Positions 9,307-18,254 of a DNA stretch of 64,000 bases are shown here, one piece after another. The stretch comes from a virus. Its lineage: Duplodnaviria > Caudoviricetes. The notes under the pieces were generated by a model that saw only the letters and a list, made by a program, of their open reading frames with translations, was not told the DNA's origin and made no database searches. The DNA is taken from IMG/VR virus record IMGVR_UViG_2974778117_000001, positions 95,515 to 159,514 of that record; one strand, given 5' to 3'. Both the position numbers and the translations under genes were made by a program. Numbering within the stretch: the stretch's first letter is position 1; the number at the start of each line of letters is the position of its first letter.

Positions 9307-11986
9307 GTTTTACACGTTCTGTGAGAAAGTAGGGAGCAGAATCTATCACCGGTACGTGACAGCCGATGGTGAGAGAAAGCAAGAAGTGGTATCTGAAGTG
9401 CCTCTGGAACTATTTATGAAGTCCCGTGACGGTGAGGTCCGCTCGCTGTATGGCGACCGTCTGAAGAGGTTCCAGTTCAACAGCATCAGCGAAGCCGCCG
9501 ACTTCGAGAAGCGCATGGAGGGGGTCGAGCCGATCTTCGGACAGACTGACCCAGTCCAGCAGTTCATTTCACAGAAGTACAAGGGCAAGATCAAGTTTGA
9601 CTTCAACAAGTTCCGCATCCTCAACTTCGACATTGAAGTCCGGACTGACGGCTACGATGATGAAGACGAGGCGCAAGTCCGTCGCGTGTTCTCGAATGAA
9701 GCCGAGACCTGGACTGTCGGTGAGATTCGCAACTACGATGGTGCAGCGCAGTATGAAGTCTATGACCTCATGCACGATCGCTGGTATCCGATTGAGAGCT
9801 GTCCTCAGTTGATGGTCGGCGGCTTCCCGGAAGCGGATGAAGCGAAGTATGAGATCACATCCATTGCGATGAAGATGTTCGGCAAGGACAAGAAGATCAC
9901 CCTCGGTCAGAAGGACTATCAGCCGAAGGACAAGAATCAGATCTACACGCGATTCAACAGCGAGGCTGAACTGCTGCTGGAGTTCGTGAACATCGTGCGC
10001 ATGCTGGACCCGGACATCCTGACCGGGTGGAACATCGAAGAATTCGACATTCCGTATGTCGTTCATCGTCTGCAGAAGCTGCACGGCGAAGAGACGGCGA
10101 ATCGCCTCAGCCCGTTCCACAAGGACACGAAGAAGTGCCTGCAGCATTACATCGCTGACAAGGACAACGATATGCCGTCGTATCGCATCCTGGGTGTGAC
10201 GGTTCTGGACGGTCTCAAGCTGTTCAAGAAGTTCGTGCTCCGCAAGTACGAGAGCTATCGACTGGACTACATCGGTGAGTCGGTGGTCAAGGAACGCAAG
10301 ATCGACTACAGCGAGTACAACAACGATCTGAACAAGCTGTATATGATGGACTTCGACAAGTTCATCGCATACAACGAGAAGGACGTTGAGCTGGTCGAGA
10401 AGATCGACAAGAACAAGCAGTTGATCCGACTTGCGATCACCATGATCATGATGACCAAGTCCAAGTACCGAGACGTCATGGGTAAGGTCAAGTTGTGGGA
10501 CAACCTGATCTACAACATGCTCTTGGAAGACAACATCGTGATCCCTCCGGCGGTTCGTCGCAGATCGGAAGGTAAGATCATCGGTGCGTGGGTGAAAGAC
10601 CCGGTGGCAGGTAAGTACCGATACGTTGTGTCGCTCGACTTGACATCGCTGTATCCTTCGATCTGTATGATGTACAACATGTCGCCAGAAACCCTGGTCC
10701 GTGAGGAGATGGGAACCCTTGACTATGTGACACGTTTGGTCGGCGGTGAGGATCTTGCGGTTGACATGAAGGCGAAGGGCTATTGCATGGCGGCGAACGG
10801 TTCGGCTTACAGGCTGGACATTGTCGGCGTTCTACCTCGCGGAATGCGATACGTCTTCGACACGCGTCAAGACTACAAGAAGAAGATGAAGGACGTCAAG
10901 CAGAAGCGAGAGGACGTTCTGGCTGCTGGCGGCAAGAACACAGACCCGGAATACATCGAGTGGGATGAACTGGTGTCGGAGTTCAACGCGGCTCAGGAAG
11001 CAATGAAGGTGCTGGCAAACTCCGGTTACGGCGTGACGGCGCAGGACAGCTTCCGGTACTACAACCGCAGCATTGCCCAGGGTATCACCTTGACGGGTCA
11101 GGTGACCATTCAGACGGTGGTGCTCAAGACGAACGAGTACCTCAACAAGCGATTCGGGACAACTCGAGATTACGTCATCACAGCGGATACGGACTCAATG
11201 TATCTGGCTCTGGAGAACGTGCCGACGAATGCAACCGATGCAGCCGCTGCAATTGAAGAGCTTGACCAGTTTGTCGAGAAGGAGCTTCAGCCGTTCATCG
11301 ATCAGACCTTCCGCGAGTTGTCGGATCGGATGGGATGCCCGAAGAACATGATGGATATGAAGCGCGAAGCTCTCTCGGACGTCGGCATCTGGCGCGCCAA
11401 GAAGAACTACGTGCTGCGCGTTTGGGACATGGAAGGCGTCCGGTACGCGGAACCGGAAATGAAGATGATGGGTATCGAGACTGCCAAGAGCTCGACACCG
11501 ATGATCGTCCGCAAGGAGCTGGAAGAGTGTCTGAAGATCATGTGCTCCGGCACCGAGAAAGAACTTCAAGATGAGCTTGCCCGGTTCAAGAAGGTCTATT
11601 ACAATAGTGGAATCGAGGAGATTGCCAAGCCGCTCGGTGTCTCGGACCTGACCAGCTATTCACTCAATGACAAGCGAATCCCGTATCAGAGCAAGGCAGC
11701 GATCCTGCACAACAAGCTGATCCAAGAGAAGGGGCTGAGCAAGACCGTCGAGCGAATCAGAAACGGCAACAAGGTGAAGCTGATCCTGTTGAAGGAGCGT
11801 AACCCGCTCCGGAACAAGTACATTGCCTTCATCGGTGAGTTGCCGAAGGAGTTTGGTCTGGACGAGTATGTGGATTATGATGGTCAGTATGAATCGACCT
11901 TCATGAGTCCGGTGAAGTCGTTCACCGATCTGATCGGTTGGAAGACAGAACAGATCTCGAGCTTGGAAGATCTTTTCGGTTGGTAA
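9305..11986 (+). CDS. 43: gp43 family B DNA polymerase
   Basis: FDIEV, GWNIEEFD, YNEKDV exonuclease motifs; DLTSLYPS, KVLANSGYG, DTDS; C-terminal SLEDLFG clamp-binding peptide. Confidence 0.98.
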   Translation: MFYTFCEKVGSRIYHRYVTADGERKQEVVSEVPLELFMKSRDGEVRSLYGDRLKRFQFNSISEAADFEKRMEGVEPIFGQTDPVQQFISQKYKGKIKFDFNKFRILNFDIEVRTDGYDDEDEAQVRRVFSNEAETWTVGEIRNYDGAAQYEVYDLMHDRWYPIESCPQLMVGGFPEADEAKYEITSIAMKMFGKDKKITLGQKDYQPKDKNQIYTRFNSEAELLLEFVNIVRMLDPDILTGWNIEEFDIPYVVHRLQKLHGEETANRLSPFHKDTKKCLQHYIADKDNDMPSYRILGVTVLDGLKLFKKFVLRKYESYRLDYIGESVVKERKIDYSEYNNDLNKLYMMDFDKFIAYNEKDVELVEKIDKNKQLIRLAITMIMMTKSKYRDVMGKVKLWDNLIYNMLLEDNIVIPPAVRRRSEGKIIGAWVKDPVAGKYRYVVSLDLTSLYPSICMMYNMSPETLVREEMGTLDYVTRLVGGEDLAVDMKAKGYCMAANGSAYRLDIVGVLPRGMRYVFDTRQDYKKKMKDVKQKREDVLAAGGKNTDPEYIEWDELVSEFNAAQEAMKVLANSGYGVTAQDSFRYYNRSIAQGITLTGQVTIQTVVLKTNEYLNKRFGTTRDYVITADTDSMYLALENVPTNATDAAAAIEELDQFVEKELQPFIDQTFRELSDRMGCPKNMMDMKREALSDVGIWRAKKNYVLRVWDMEGVRYAEPEMKMMGIETAKSSTPMIVRKELEECLKIMCSGTEKELQDELARFKKVYYNSGIEEIAKPLGVSDLTSYSLNDKRIPYQSKAAILHNKLIQEKGLSKTVERIRNGNKVKLILLKERNPLRNKYIAFIGELPKEFGLDEYVDYDGQYESTFMSPVKSFTDLIGWKTEQISSLEDLFGW
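9411..9416 (-). promoter_or_regulatory. putative late promoter (TAAATA) for the holin
   Basis: TATTTA on + strand, about 105 nt upstream of the holin ATG. Confidence 0.5.
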
Positions 11987-11990
11987 GTAC

Positions 11991-12013
11991 AGTGCGGAGA
12001 CAACCTCCGCACT
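11991..12013 (+). terminator. stem-loop after gene 43
   Basis: AGTGCGGAG...CTCCGCACT inverted repeat. Confidence 0.55.
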
Positions 12014-12029
12014 AAAATCTGGAGCTAAA

Positions 12030-13115
12030 ATGGCAAATCAAAGTCTGGCTGAACGCATTCTCAAAAACTCTGTGATCAAGGAAGCAGCGGTCCTTGACAA
12101 GTCCCAATTCTTCAAGAAGAAGGACCTGGTGCGCACAATGATTCCGCTGCTGAACCTCGCCCAGTCGGGTGAGCTGGATGGTGGGTTTGGTTCGGGCTTG
12201 ACTGTCTGGGCTGGTCCGTCGAAGCACTTCAAGACCTCTCTGCTGCTGGCAAGTCTGAAAGCGTATCTGGACAAGTTCTCGGACGCAGTTGCAATCTTCT
12301 ACGATTCGGAATTCGGTACGCCGCAGAGCTACTTCACGTCGTTCGGCATCCCGCTGGATCGTGTCATTCACATTCCGATCACCAACATCGAGATGCTGAA
12401 GTTCGACATGATGCAGCAGCTGGAAGGCTTGCAAAAGGGCGACAAGGTCTTCATCGCGGTCGACTCGGTCGGCAACTTGGCGTCGAAGAAGGAAGTGGAA
12501 GACGCGATCAACGAGAAGTCCGTTGCGGATATGACCCGCGCGAAGGCACTGAAGTCGCTGTTCCGAATCGTGACCCCATACTTCACCTTGAAAGACATCC
12601 CGTGTCACGTGGTCAACCACACGTACAAGACTCAGGAGATGTATTCCAAGGACGTCGTGTCGGGTGGTACTGGTATCTACTACTCGGCGGACAACATCTT
12701 CATCATCGGTCGTCAGCAGGACAAGAAGGATGACGAGCTGTTGGGTTATCGCTTCATCCTGCGCGCTGAGAAGAGCCGCTACGTGCGAGAGGGCTCCAAG
12801 TTCCCGCTGACCGTGTCCTTCGACAAGGGTATCAGCAAGTGGTCGGGTCTGCTGGATCTGGCACTGGAAACTGGTCACGTGGTCAAGCCGTCGAATGGTT
12901 GGTACTCACACGCGGGCGACGACAAGAAGCTCCGCCTGAACCAGACCGAAACCTCCGAGTTCTGGCTGCCGATCCTGACTGGCACCGACTTCGCCGAAAA
13001 GCTGAAAGAGAAGTTCCAGCTGTCGCTGAGCCAGATGATCGAAGCGGGTGACATCGACTACGCCACTGGAGAAGTCCTGAAGCGCGAAGAGGATGAGGAA
13101 GATGACGCCGATTGA
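12030..13115 (+). CDS. uvsX: UvsX RecA-like recombinase
   Basis: AGPSKHFKT, YDSEFG, DSVGNLASKKE, DMTRAK, VSGGTG. Confidence 0.97.
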   Translation: MANQSLAERILKNSVIKEAAVLDKSQFFKKKDLVRTMIPLLNLAQSGELDGGFGSGLTVWAGPSKHFKTSLLLASLKAYLDKFSDAVAIFYDSEFGTPQSYFTSFGIPLDRVIHIPITNIEMLKFDMMQQLEGLQKGDKVFIAVDSVGNLASKKEVEDAINEKSVADMTRAKALKSLFRIVTPYFTLKDIPCHVVNHTYKTQEMYSKDVVSGGTGIYYSADNIFIIGRQQDKKDDELLGYRFILRAEKSRYVREGSKFPLTVSFDKGISKWSGLLDLALETGHVVKPSNGWYSHAGDDKKLRLNQTETSEFWLPILTGTDFAEKLKEKFQLSLSQMIEAGDIDYATGEVLKREEDEEDDAD

Positions 13116-13341
13116 GATTGGACAGGCAATCCTGGACGTCTTGAATCGAGGCGATGAAGTCCGCGTGACATTCACCAAGAAGGACGGGTCTGAGACGACC
13201 CGTTCCTTCGGCAGGGGCAAGGACTTCGTACCCAATGGACCCCGATTGACAGAAGACACAAAGTATTTGAATCTCTGGTCGATTGATGACGCGGGTTATC
13301 GTACAATCATACTCGAGTCGATCAAAATGGTGGCTTGCTAA
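13102..13341 (+). CDS. small SH3/WYL-like protein
   Basis: VTFTKKDGSETTR...WSIDDAGYRTI pattern. Confidence 0.6.
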   Translation: MTPIEIGQAILDVLNRGDEVRVTFTKKDGSETTRSFGRGKDFVPNGPRLTEDTKYLNLWSIDDAGYRTIILESIKMVAC

Positions 13342-13595
13342 TGCAGATCTACGTACATGAGGCAACCGAGAATTCCATCTCGGTGGTGAACATTGAGTAT
13401 CCGGAGTTCCGGCATACTTTCAGAGAAATCCGGGTGGAACCGGAGGGAGTGACTGCCGTCCATTCTGTCGAAATCAGCGAGCAGGAAGTCGGTAAGTACA
13501 ATGGCGATGACCAGGAGCAATTCCTGGAAGACCAAGGGACTGAGATCTTGAACGAGTTGATCAAGATCATTGACCGACAGTCGCAAGTCGCGTAA
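13341..13595 (+). CDS. hypothetical acidic protein (in the position of T4 gp40)
   Basis: TAATG coupling to the previous ORF; position after uvsX. Confidence 0.5.
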   Translation: MQIYVHEATENSISVVNIEYPEFRHTFREIRVEPEGVTAVHSVEISEQEVGKYNGDDQEQFLEDQGTEILNELIKIIDRQSQVA

Positions 13596-13625
13596 ACTAT
13601 ATTCCACGTCAACCAAGGAAACAAT

Positions 13626-14314
13626 ATGGCATTGCAGAAACACAAGTGTGATCCGGCTCTCGGCGCTCGCGTCTTTGAGCACCTGAAGCAGAAGGGTTTG
13701 CACACCCCAGTCGTGGAAGAAGCTCTCTTCCAACATGAAGGCAGCAAGATCGACAAGATCGAAGCGCTGCAAACCCAGGTTCTGAACTGCTGGGTCTTGA
13801 CCTCTCCGATGACAGTCTGATCGAGACTCCCCGACGCATTGCCAAGATGTACGTCAGCGAGCTGTTCTGGGGCCTGCATCCGGATCACTTCCCGAAGTGT
13901 ACCACGGTCGAAAACAAGATGCGCTACGATGAAGTCGTCATCGAGAAGGCATCCGTGAAGTCGGTGTGTGAGCATCACTTCGTGTACTTCGGCACCAGCC
14001 ACCGCCCGGACCTGGGATGCTGGATCGCGTATGTCCCGAAGGAGAAGGTGCTTGGTCTGTCGAAGATCAATCGCATCGTCGAGTACTTCGCTCGTCGTCC
14101 GCAGATTCAGGAACGCCTGACCGAGCAAATCGCCGAGACCCTGAAGTTCATCCTGGAAACGGATGACGTCGCGGTCGTGATGAAGGGTCAGCACTTCTGT
14201 GTTCTGACTCGCGGTGTGGAAGACTCGGACGGTATGACCATCACCAGCGCGCTGCACGGTCGATTCCGTGACGAACTGCCGATGCGTCAGGAACTGATGA
14301 GTCTGGTACGATGA
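13626..14314 (+). CDS. folE: GTP cyclohydrolase I (apparent 1-nt deletion ~13785)
   Basis: DSLIETPRRIAKMY, SVCEHHF, GLSKINR, RRPQIQERL, HFCVLTRG. Confidence 0.95.
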
Positions 14315-14508
14315 CCGATCTCTCGATCAAGGTCGAGCAAGAGATGGTATATGCAAGTCCCCGGAAGCTGAGAGGTTTCCGGGTGACTCGCAGGAAAGGG
14401 AATCGGAAGTTCATCTTCCGCGTTCCATGGGTGATGGAAGAAGTGCAACCCATCCGCGCCTACTACTCAGGCAATTCCGCTCTGAGATCAATGCGCGTTA
14501 ACAACTGA
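14311..14508 (+). CDS. small basic hypothetical protein
   Basis: ATGA overlap with folE stop. Confidence 0.5.
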   Translation: MTDLSIKVEQEMVYASPRKLRGFRVTRRKGNRKFIFRVPWVMEEVQPIRAYYSGNSALRSMRVNN

Positions 14509-14527
14509 AATAACTGGAGATTTGAAA

Positions 14528-15778
14528 ATGAGCAAGATCAAAGTAGCTGTCGTTGGTGTTGGTAACTGCTTCTCGTCCCTGTATCAGGGTGTTGGCTACT
14601 ACAGCAACCGTCCCGATGAAGTGATCTCGGGCATCGCCCATGTGGACATTGGTGGCTACAAGGCTACTGATCTGGAGTTCGTCCTTGCTATCGACGTTGA
14701 TCACCGCAAGGTGGGGCAGTCGCTGAGTGACGCGATCTTCGCAGAACCGAACGTCGCGCGTGTGTTCCACACCGAGCCGGCTCCGGGCGCAAATCCGATT
14801 GTCAAGATGGGTGCTCGTCTGGATGGTGTCTCGACGTTCATGGAAACCGAACCGGCAAGCCGTGGCTTCCGCCCGGTCCCGACCGACGAGCCGACCGAAG
14901 CCGCCAAGGCGCGACTGGTTGAACACCTGCGTTCCAGCGGTGCGGACGTTCTTCTGAACTACCTGCCGGTCGGATCGAATCAGGCAACTGAGTTCTACGC
15001 TGAGTGTGCACTGGAAGCGGGCGTGAGCTTCATCAACAACATCCCGGTGCTGAACCTGAACCATCCGGATTGGGAAGACCGCTTCATCGACGCAGGCATT
15101 CCCTACATCGGTTCGGACATCAAGAGCCAGTTCGGCGCTTCGATCCTGAGCCAGATGCTCCAGGAGCTGGCGTTCGACCGCGGTATGGAAGTTGACTTCC
15201 ATCAGCAGCTGAACGTGGGTGGCAACACCGACTTCAACAACATGATGGTTCAGAGCCGTCTGCTGGATAAGAAGGTCTCCAAGGAGAACGTGATCCGTGC
15301 TCAGAATGACCTGCGAGACATCCCGGTCAATGAGGATGCACTGTTCGCCGGTCCGTCCACCTACATCCCGTACCTGAAGGACAACAAGGTCGCCTACTTC
15401 AACCTTCGCCTGCGCGGTTTCGGTGGCGCTCCGGTGGATGTGGACGTCAAGCTGTCGGTGCAGGATTCGGAGAACAGCGCGGGCGTCGTGATTGATGCGA
15501 TCCGATTCATCAAGGTGGCACGTGAGCTGGGCATTCGTGGTTGCCTGCGTGGACCGAGCGCGTTCACCCAGAAGTCGCCGCCGAAGCAGCTGACCATGGA
15601 AGAAGCTAAGTACGAGTGTGACGCACTGGCGAATCGCAAGCTGACCCCGATCACCAAGCGTCAGCTGACGAACCGGTCGGCAAAGGAATTCGCTCGTCAG
15701 GAGCTTGCCGAAGGCGGAATGGACTACTTGCGCGTGTTGGACAAGAAGCGCCAGTCGAATGCAGAGCGTGGAATTTAA
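14528..15778 (+). CDS. ino1: myo-inositol-1-phosphate synthase
   Basis: VAVVGVGNC Rossmann motif, NYLPVGS, DIKSQFGA, QLNVGGNTDF, DNKVA, LSVQDSENSAG, KSPP; GGAG RBS. Confidence 0.93.
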   Translation: MSKIKVAVVGVGNCFSSLYQGVGYYSNRPDEVISGIAHVDIGGYKATDLEFVLAIDVDHRKVGQSLSDAIFAEPNVARVFHTEPAPGANPIVKMGARLDGVSTFMETEPASRGFRPVPTDEPTEAAKARLVEHLRSSGADVLLNYLPVGSNQATEFYAECALEAGVSFINNIPVLNLNHPDWEDRFIDAGIPYIGSDIKSQFGASILSQMLQELAFDRGMEVDFHQQLNVGGNTDFNNMMVQSRLLDKKVSKENVIRAQNDLRDIPVNEDALFAGPSTYIPYLKDNKVAYFNLRLRGFGGAPVDVDVKLSVQDSENSAGVVIDAIRFIKVARELGIRGCLRGPSAFTQKSPPKQLTMEEAKYECDALANRKLTPITKRQLTNRSAKEFARQELAEGGMDYLRVLDKKRQSNAERGI

Positions 15779-15799
15779 CCTTTAGAATCAAGAGGTTAC

Positions 15800-15826
15800 G
15801 TTGAAGGGTCTTCGGACCCTTCAAAC
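15800..15826 (+). terminator. UUCG-capped stem-loop after ino1
   Basis: TTGAAGGGTC-TTCG-GACCCTTCAA; weak U tract. Confidence 0.6.
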
Positions 15827-15891
15827 GTCTTTACCCTTTGAAATCAAGTAGTTATCAAATTCCGCTTAAGAATTAGCCATGAGGGACTATA

Positions 15892-16263
15892 ATGAGAGCG
15901 CAACACTCCTTTGACATTGACGGCGTGATCAGCATTGGCATCCGCCCCAGCCCCGGAGCAATCATCATCACCGGGCGCAGCTATGAAGAACGTGCCGAAA
16001 CGGAAGCGTATCTGAAACACCTTGGCATCAGCAACGATGTCTTTTACAATCCTTTGAAGTGGTCGGAGAAGTCTCGGACCTCGTCGGGCGAGCACAAGGC
16101 GGAGATCATCAACCTGCAGGGAGTCACCCGTCATTTTGAGGATGACCCGGTACAGGCACAAGTGATCCGCGAACGCTGCCCCAATTGCTACGTTGTCGAG
16201 ATTGTCTCCGATCTGGTGGAGCTCGAGAACGTGCGTCATACCTTCACGGGAGAACCGAATTGA
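15892..16263 (+). CDS. small HAD-family phosphatase
   Basis: FDIDG (motif I), ITGR (II), K (III), FEDD (IV). Confidence 0.85.
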   Translation: MRAQHSFDIDGVISIGIRPSPGAIIITGRSYEERAETEAYLKHLGISNDVFYNPLKWSEKSRTSSGEHKAEIINLQGVTRHFEDDPVQAQVIRERCPNCYVVEIVSDLVELENVRHTFTGEPN

Positions 16264-17009
16264 GTAAGAAGATCCTGATCCTGTACAGTGGTGGCTTGGA
16301 TTCCATGATGATGGAGAAGCTGGCACAGTGGACCAACCCGACCGCCGAGATCACCTGCGTGTTCTATGAGCATGGTCAGGACAGTCTGGAAGCTGAGATT
16401 GCAGCGTTGCCGTGGTATGTCAAGCGTCGCAAGCTCGACTGGTTGGACGGAGAAGTGAAGGCAGTCCCCAAGAAGTCTGATCCGTTCGCGGGTGCGATCT
16501 ACATCCCGGGACGTAATCTGGTGTTCGCAGTCACCGCAGCGTCGCAGTTCCTCCCGGACGAGATCTGGATGGGAACTCTGTTCGATGAATGCAACGAGCA
16601 GGCAACCGATAAGAACAACATCTTCCTGGAGAAGACCAACGCGGTTCTCAAGTATGTCCTGAGTCCGTTCGGTAATCCGGTCGTCAAGTTCCCGTTCGTG
16701 GAGCGCGGCTGGACCAAGACTGATGCCCTGGGTTGGCTGCTTGCCAGAGGCGTTGTAAGTAAAGAGGACATTGCGAAGACCACTTCATGCTGGCACAATG
16801 ACGGTCTCCCTTGCGGTGAATGCAAGCAGTGTCTGAAGCGCGCACTGATCATGGATCAGTTCGATATCTATGAACACCATGCCGGACTCCACCCGCTCGA
16901 CCCGACCAACAAGTTCTGTGCTGATCTGATCGAACAGTATGAAGCATGTCTGGAACCGAACATTGACGAGCGCGAAGTCCAGCGATTGATCCGAAGCTGG
17001 AGAGCTTGA
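16260..17009 (+). CDS. queC: QueC-like 7-cyano-7-deazaguanine synthase
   Basis: LYSGGLDS PP-loop, HGQ, YIPGRNL, SCW..CGECKQC zinc site; TTG start with GGGAG RBS. Confidence 0.9.
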   Translation: MSKKILILYSGGLDSMMMEKLAQWTNPTAEITCVFYEHGQDSLEAEIAALPWYVKRRKLDWLDGEVKAVPKKSDPFAGAIYIPGRNLVFAVTAASQFLPDEIWMGTLFDECNEQATDKNNIFLEKTNAVLKYVLSPFGNPVVKFPFVERGWTKTDALGWLLARGVVSKEDIAKTTSCWHNDGLPCGECKQCLKRALIMDQFDIYEHHAGLHPLDPTNKFCADLIEQYEACLEPNIDEREVQRLIRSWRA

Positions 17010-18220
17010 TGAAGATTGGATACGAATACGTGATGTCGGGTCTAGGATACACCCGCATCAAGGGAACGCACCTGATTGATTGGACGCATCACAAGTTCGA
17101 GCGTGACTTCCATGATTCCAAGTTTGCGATCCTGTACAACGCATTCACAGAAGCAGAGTATGGACGTCGATTCAAGGACGTCCATTGCAACGTGTATGCC
17201 GACTCGGGCGGTCTGCAGATGATGACCCGAAACCTCGGAATCACGCCGGAACTGAAGGACAAGGTCTATCAGAACCAGTCCGACTGTTCGCAGTTCGCCA
17301 TGTGCTTTGACGAGATTCCTCTCCGCAAGGCAGAAGATAAGGGCAAGATCGGCAGCCAGCAGGGTCGCTTCTTTGATCGAACCCTGATCAAGGAGAAGGC
17401 AACCGAGACCGCGCTGAACATCCGTCGTCAGATCGAGCTCTTTGAGGAGACTGGCACGGCGGCGCGTCCGGTGGCAATTATCCAAGGCAACTGTGCCGAG
17501 ACGATGCTGGAATGGGCTGATGTGTTGTTCGATCAGGTCGGCGACAAGGCTGACAAGATCGCATCGGTGGCTATCTCCGGTATCTGCATTGGCAACAAGA
17601 CGATGGAGGAACTGGAACGCAGCTTTGTGTTCAGTCAGATCCATCGGAACTACAAGATCGATCACCTCCACTTGCTGGGAGTCGGATCGGTCAATCGTGT
17701 GTCACCGTTTGTGGTCTTCGACCGCTTGCTGGAACGAGACATCTTGATCAGCTATGATAGCACGTCGCACGTCCAGTCGACAACCTACGGCTATCACTTC
17801 TGGGAAGAAGGTCTCGTCAAGATCCAGAAGGGCTACTACCACAAGTGGGATGACATGGCGGCGCGTATCGCCGAGTTCTCGGAAGGCACGTTCGTTGTTG
17901 ATGGTCCGGAGCTGTACAAGCTCTGCAACACCAACATCAAGGGCATGACCGACGAACAGAAGGACAAGGTACGCGATGCATTGTTCATGATGGCGGCAAT
18001 TCAGGCATACAAGATGTCTGACTTCGTGGAACGGACATGCAAGGACTTCGAGAGCAGCCTGATCCATCACGATCAGCACTTGTGGCTCCCATTGCGAGCA
18101 CTTCACGATGATGTGTCGACGGTGCAGGACTTCAATCAGTGGCGTCGGGACTTCCAGCGCTACATCCCGACAAGTCGTGTATCTTCTTCGCATAACTCCT
18201 TGGATGACCTGTTCGGTTAA
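17009..18220 (+). CDS. dpdA: TGT-fold base-exchange enzyme, DpdA-like DNA 7-deazaguanine transglycosylase
   Basis: ADSGGLQ, FDEIP, IIQG, HLHLLGVG, SYDSTS; flanked by queC and queE; ends SLDDLFG. Confidence 0.85.
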   Translation: MKIGYEYVMSGLGYTRIKGTHLIDWTHHKFERDFHDSKFAILYNAFTEAEYGRRFKDVHCNVYADSGGLQMMTRNLGITPELKDKVYQNQSDCSQFAMCFDEIPLRKAEDKGKIGSQQGRFFDRTLIKEKATETALNIRRQIELFEETGTAARPVAIIQGNCAETMLEWADVLFDQVGDKADKIASVAISGICIGNKTMEELERSFVFSQIHRNYKIDHLHLLGVGSVNRVSPFVVFDRLLERDILISYDSTSHVQSTTYGYHFWEEGLVKIQKGYYHKWDDMAARIAEFSEGTFVVDGPELYKLCNTNIKGMTDEQKDKVRDALFMMAAIQAYKMSDFVERTCKDFESSLIHHDQHLWLPLRALHDDVSTVQDFNQWRRDFQRYIPTSRVSSSHNSLDDLFG

Positions 18221-18254
18221 GCGATAATCATAGAACGAAATAGGAGAGTACATC

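Noticed and set aside
17009-18220. tRNA queuosine TGT
   Set aside because: None of the three tRNAs here has a GUN anticodon, and context plus the clamp-type tail favour a DNA substrate; not formally excluded
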